A DNA stretch of 64,000 nt from Eremomyces bilateralis CBS 781.70 (taxonomy: Eukaryota). The DNA lies in assembly GCA_010015585.1 (NCBI GenBank), contig ML975166.1; one strand, given 5' to 3'. Made by a program: the position numbers and the translations under genes. Position 1 is the stretch's first letter. Each line of letters starts with the position of its first letter. Below the pieces are notes generated by a model that saw only the letters and a list, made by a program, of their open reading frames with translations, had not been told where the DNA came from and made no database searches. Below, in pieces: positions 62,474-64,000 of this stretch.

Positions 62474-63454
62474 TCAAAGAATCGTGCACCGCTTGATCTC
62501 CCTTCTCCTCCGTCCGCTCGGCCGAACCAACCCTCCCCGCGCCCTATCCCCCGTCTCCCGATCCACATCTCGCTCCGGCCCGCCCGCGTCCTCCTCGCCT
62601 ACCGCCAGGCGGACGGCGACGTCGAAGATCTCGGCGACGCCGGTCATCTCCTTGCTGGAGCACTCCATGTAGGTGGCGCCCATCTTCGCGGCGACGGCGC
62701 GGCCCTGTTCGGGAGTCACAGGGGTGAGGCCTTGGGTTTTGAGGAGGTCAATGCAGGTTTTCTTGTGGCGAAGATCGGATTTGAGACCGACGAGGATGAT
62801 GGGCGTGTGGGGGAGGAAGTGCATGACTTCGGGGTACCACTGGCAAAAGATTTGTTAGTGGTTGGTGATAGGAGGGCGAAGTGCGGTGACGTACCTTGTC
62901 CATGACATTCTCGAGACTGTTGGGGCAGTCGATGGCGAAGCAGACAAAGGCGAGGTCCGTCTCTGGGTATGAGAGCGGGCGGAGCCGGTCGTATTCTTCC
63001 TGGCCTGCAGTGTCCCACAGTGCTAACTCGACTGTCTTGCCGGTCGTCGGATGTGGAGTGTGCGTGATATAGTTCTCGAACACAGTCGGAACATATTTCT
63101 GTTGTCATTAGCTCTATGAGCAGTGACGGCAGGATAGTTTCTGTGACGTCTCACCTCTGGGAAGATTCCCGCGCTGTAGCTGATCAACAAGCACGTCTTG
63201 CCGCATCCTCCATCGCCAACCACCACTAGCTTCTTGGAATAAACAGGAGGTTCCGTCAATGAAGTTGTATGGGTAGCGGCAGTATTCGCGGTCGAGGTGG
63301 TGATGGACGAGCTGACCGTCCCGTTGCTCACTCGCTCGCTCGGCGGCCGAACGGGTTTACGGGTAACATTGTTCGAGTCGCCATGGGAAAGGTTGATGCG
63401 CTCGGAGTTCTTCCGCCGCAGATAGTCGTAGTTTTGTGTTCCTTCGACGGACAT
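62474..63454 (-). CDS. RHO4: Rho-family GTPase Rho4
   Basis: N-terminal extension, [66 protein letters not shown]. Confidence 0.9.
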
Positions 63455-64000
63455 GGCGGAGAGTGCCCGGCCGCTCGATGGGATTAGTGATGATGGAAAT
63501 GGCACGTTCTGGGAGAAGAGATGCAGTAATAATCCAATTAATATGGGGGACGGCGTTCAATGGTGGAGGGGTGTCCCAGAAGTGTGCGGAGATGGTGGTG
63601 GTCAGATGGAGACAGTGAAGTGGAATGGTGGAAAGGCAGTGACACCGAAGGTCGCCCGCCCAATAATGGATGTTAGATGACTTGACGCTGGAGTTGCAAG
63701 AGCGACGTGGCTCTCAAGTGTGCGGGATGGAAATTTGGAAAGCGATTCTTAAAGACCAAGAGGTCTGTGCAAATTGAATGTGATAGAGTGAACGGTGAAG
63801 ATGTTCTCGATGTTGACAGCGAAGACCGGAATTGACCAACTGGGGGTCCATCAACATCCCCATAGCAACGGTTGGGGCCTCGTGGGGGGGACGTGGGCCC
63901 CGTAGGATTGCACCAATAACTGGGTGGTATAGGCGCTATAGACGCCATAGACGCGGGGCTTCCATCGCCAAGGCGCTGGGTACGTCGGGGCCCAACCGCC

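Overview
Eukaryotic DNA from a filamentous ascomycete (Pezizomycotina-type genes, short GT-AG introns). The window has two compartments. (1) About 1-16 kb is an accessory, TE-damaged island. It holds the 5' end of a Tad1-like LINE ORF2 next to a 240-bp foldback, a CYP57-like P450, a PTH11-like receptor, and a HET-NACHT (NLR) pseudogene hit by a hAT-type MITE and a solo LTR. It also holds a pogo/Fot1 transposase fragment joined to a Pif1 helicase fragment, an apparently intact P450nor (CYP55, NO reductase), and a second solo LTR of the same family. (2) About 16.3-64 kb is mostly core genes: GPI protein, SSO syntaxin, NPT1, SWP1, MRPS12, GEA/GBF1, ESA1, GT34, MTR3, RNH203, REX4, CYP504B, Myb-like, ANP1, PRP22, NECAP, AA9 LPMO, 3-hydroxyisobutyrate dehydrogenase, BUB3, POP5, DAD1 and RHO4. 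The most unusual unexplained element is an intergenic array (23221-23590) of six copies of a 28-bp palindrome (consensus GCGAAATACCCGATATCGGGTATTTCGC) separated by divergent 35-45 bp spacers. This is CRISPR-like geometry in a fungus, with no cas gene in the window. Other leads are a structured candidate intronic snoRNA, a lone un-RIPed gag-like ORF pair, and a recurrent C-rich to G-rich switch along the sense strand of several genes. Gene identities come from motif recognition by eye; no searches were run and exon boundaries are approximate.
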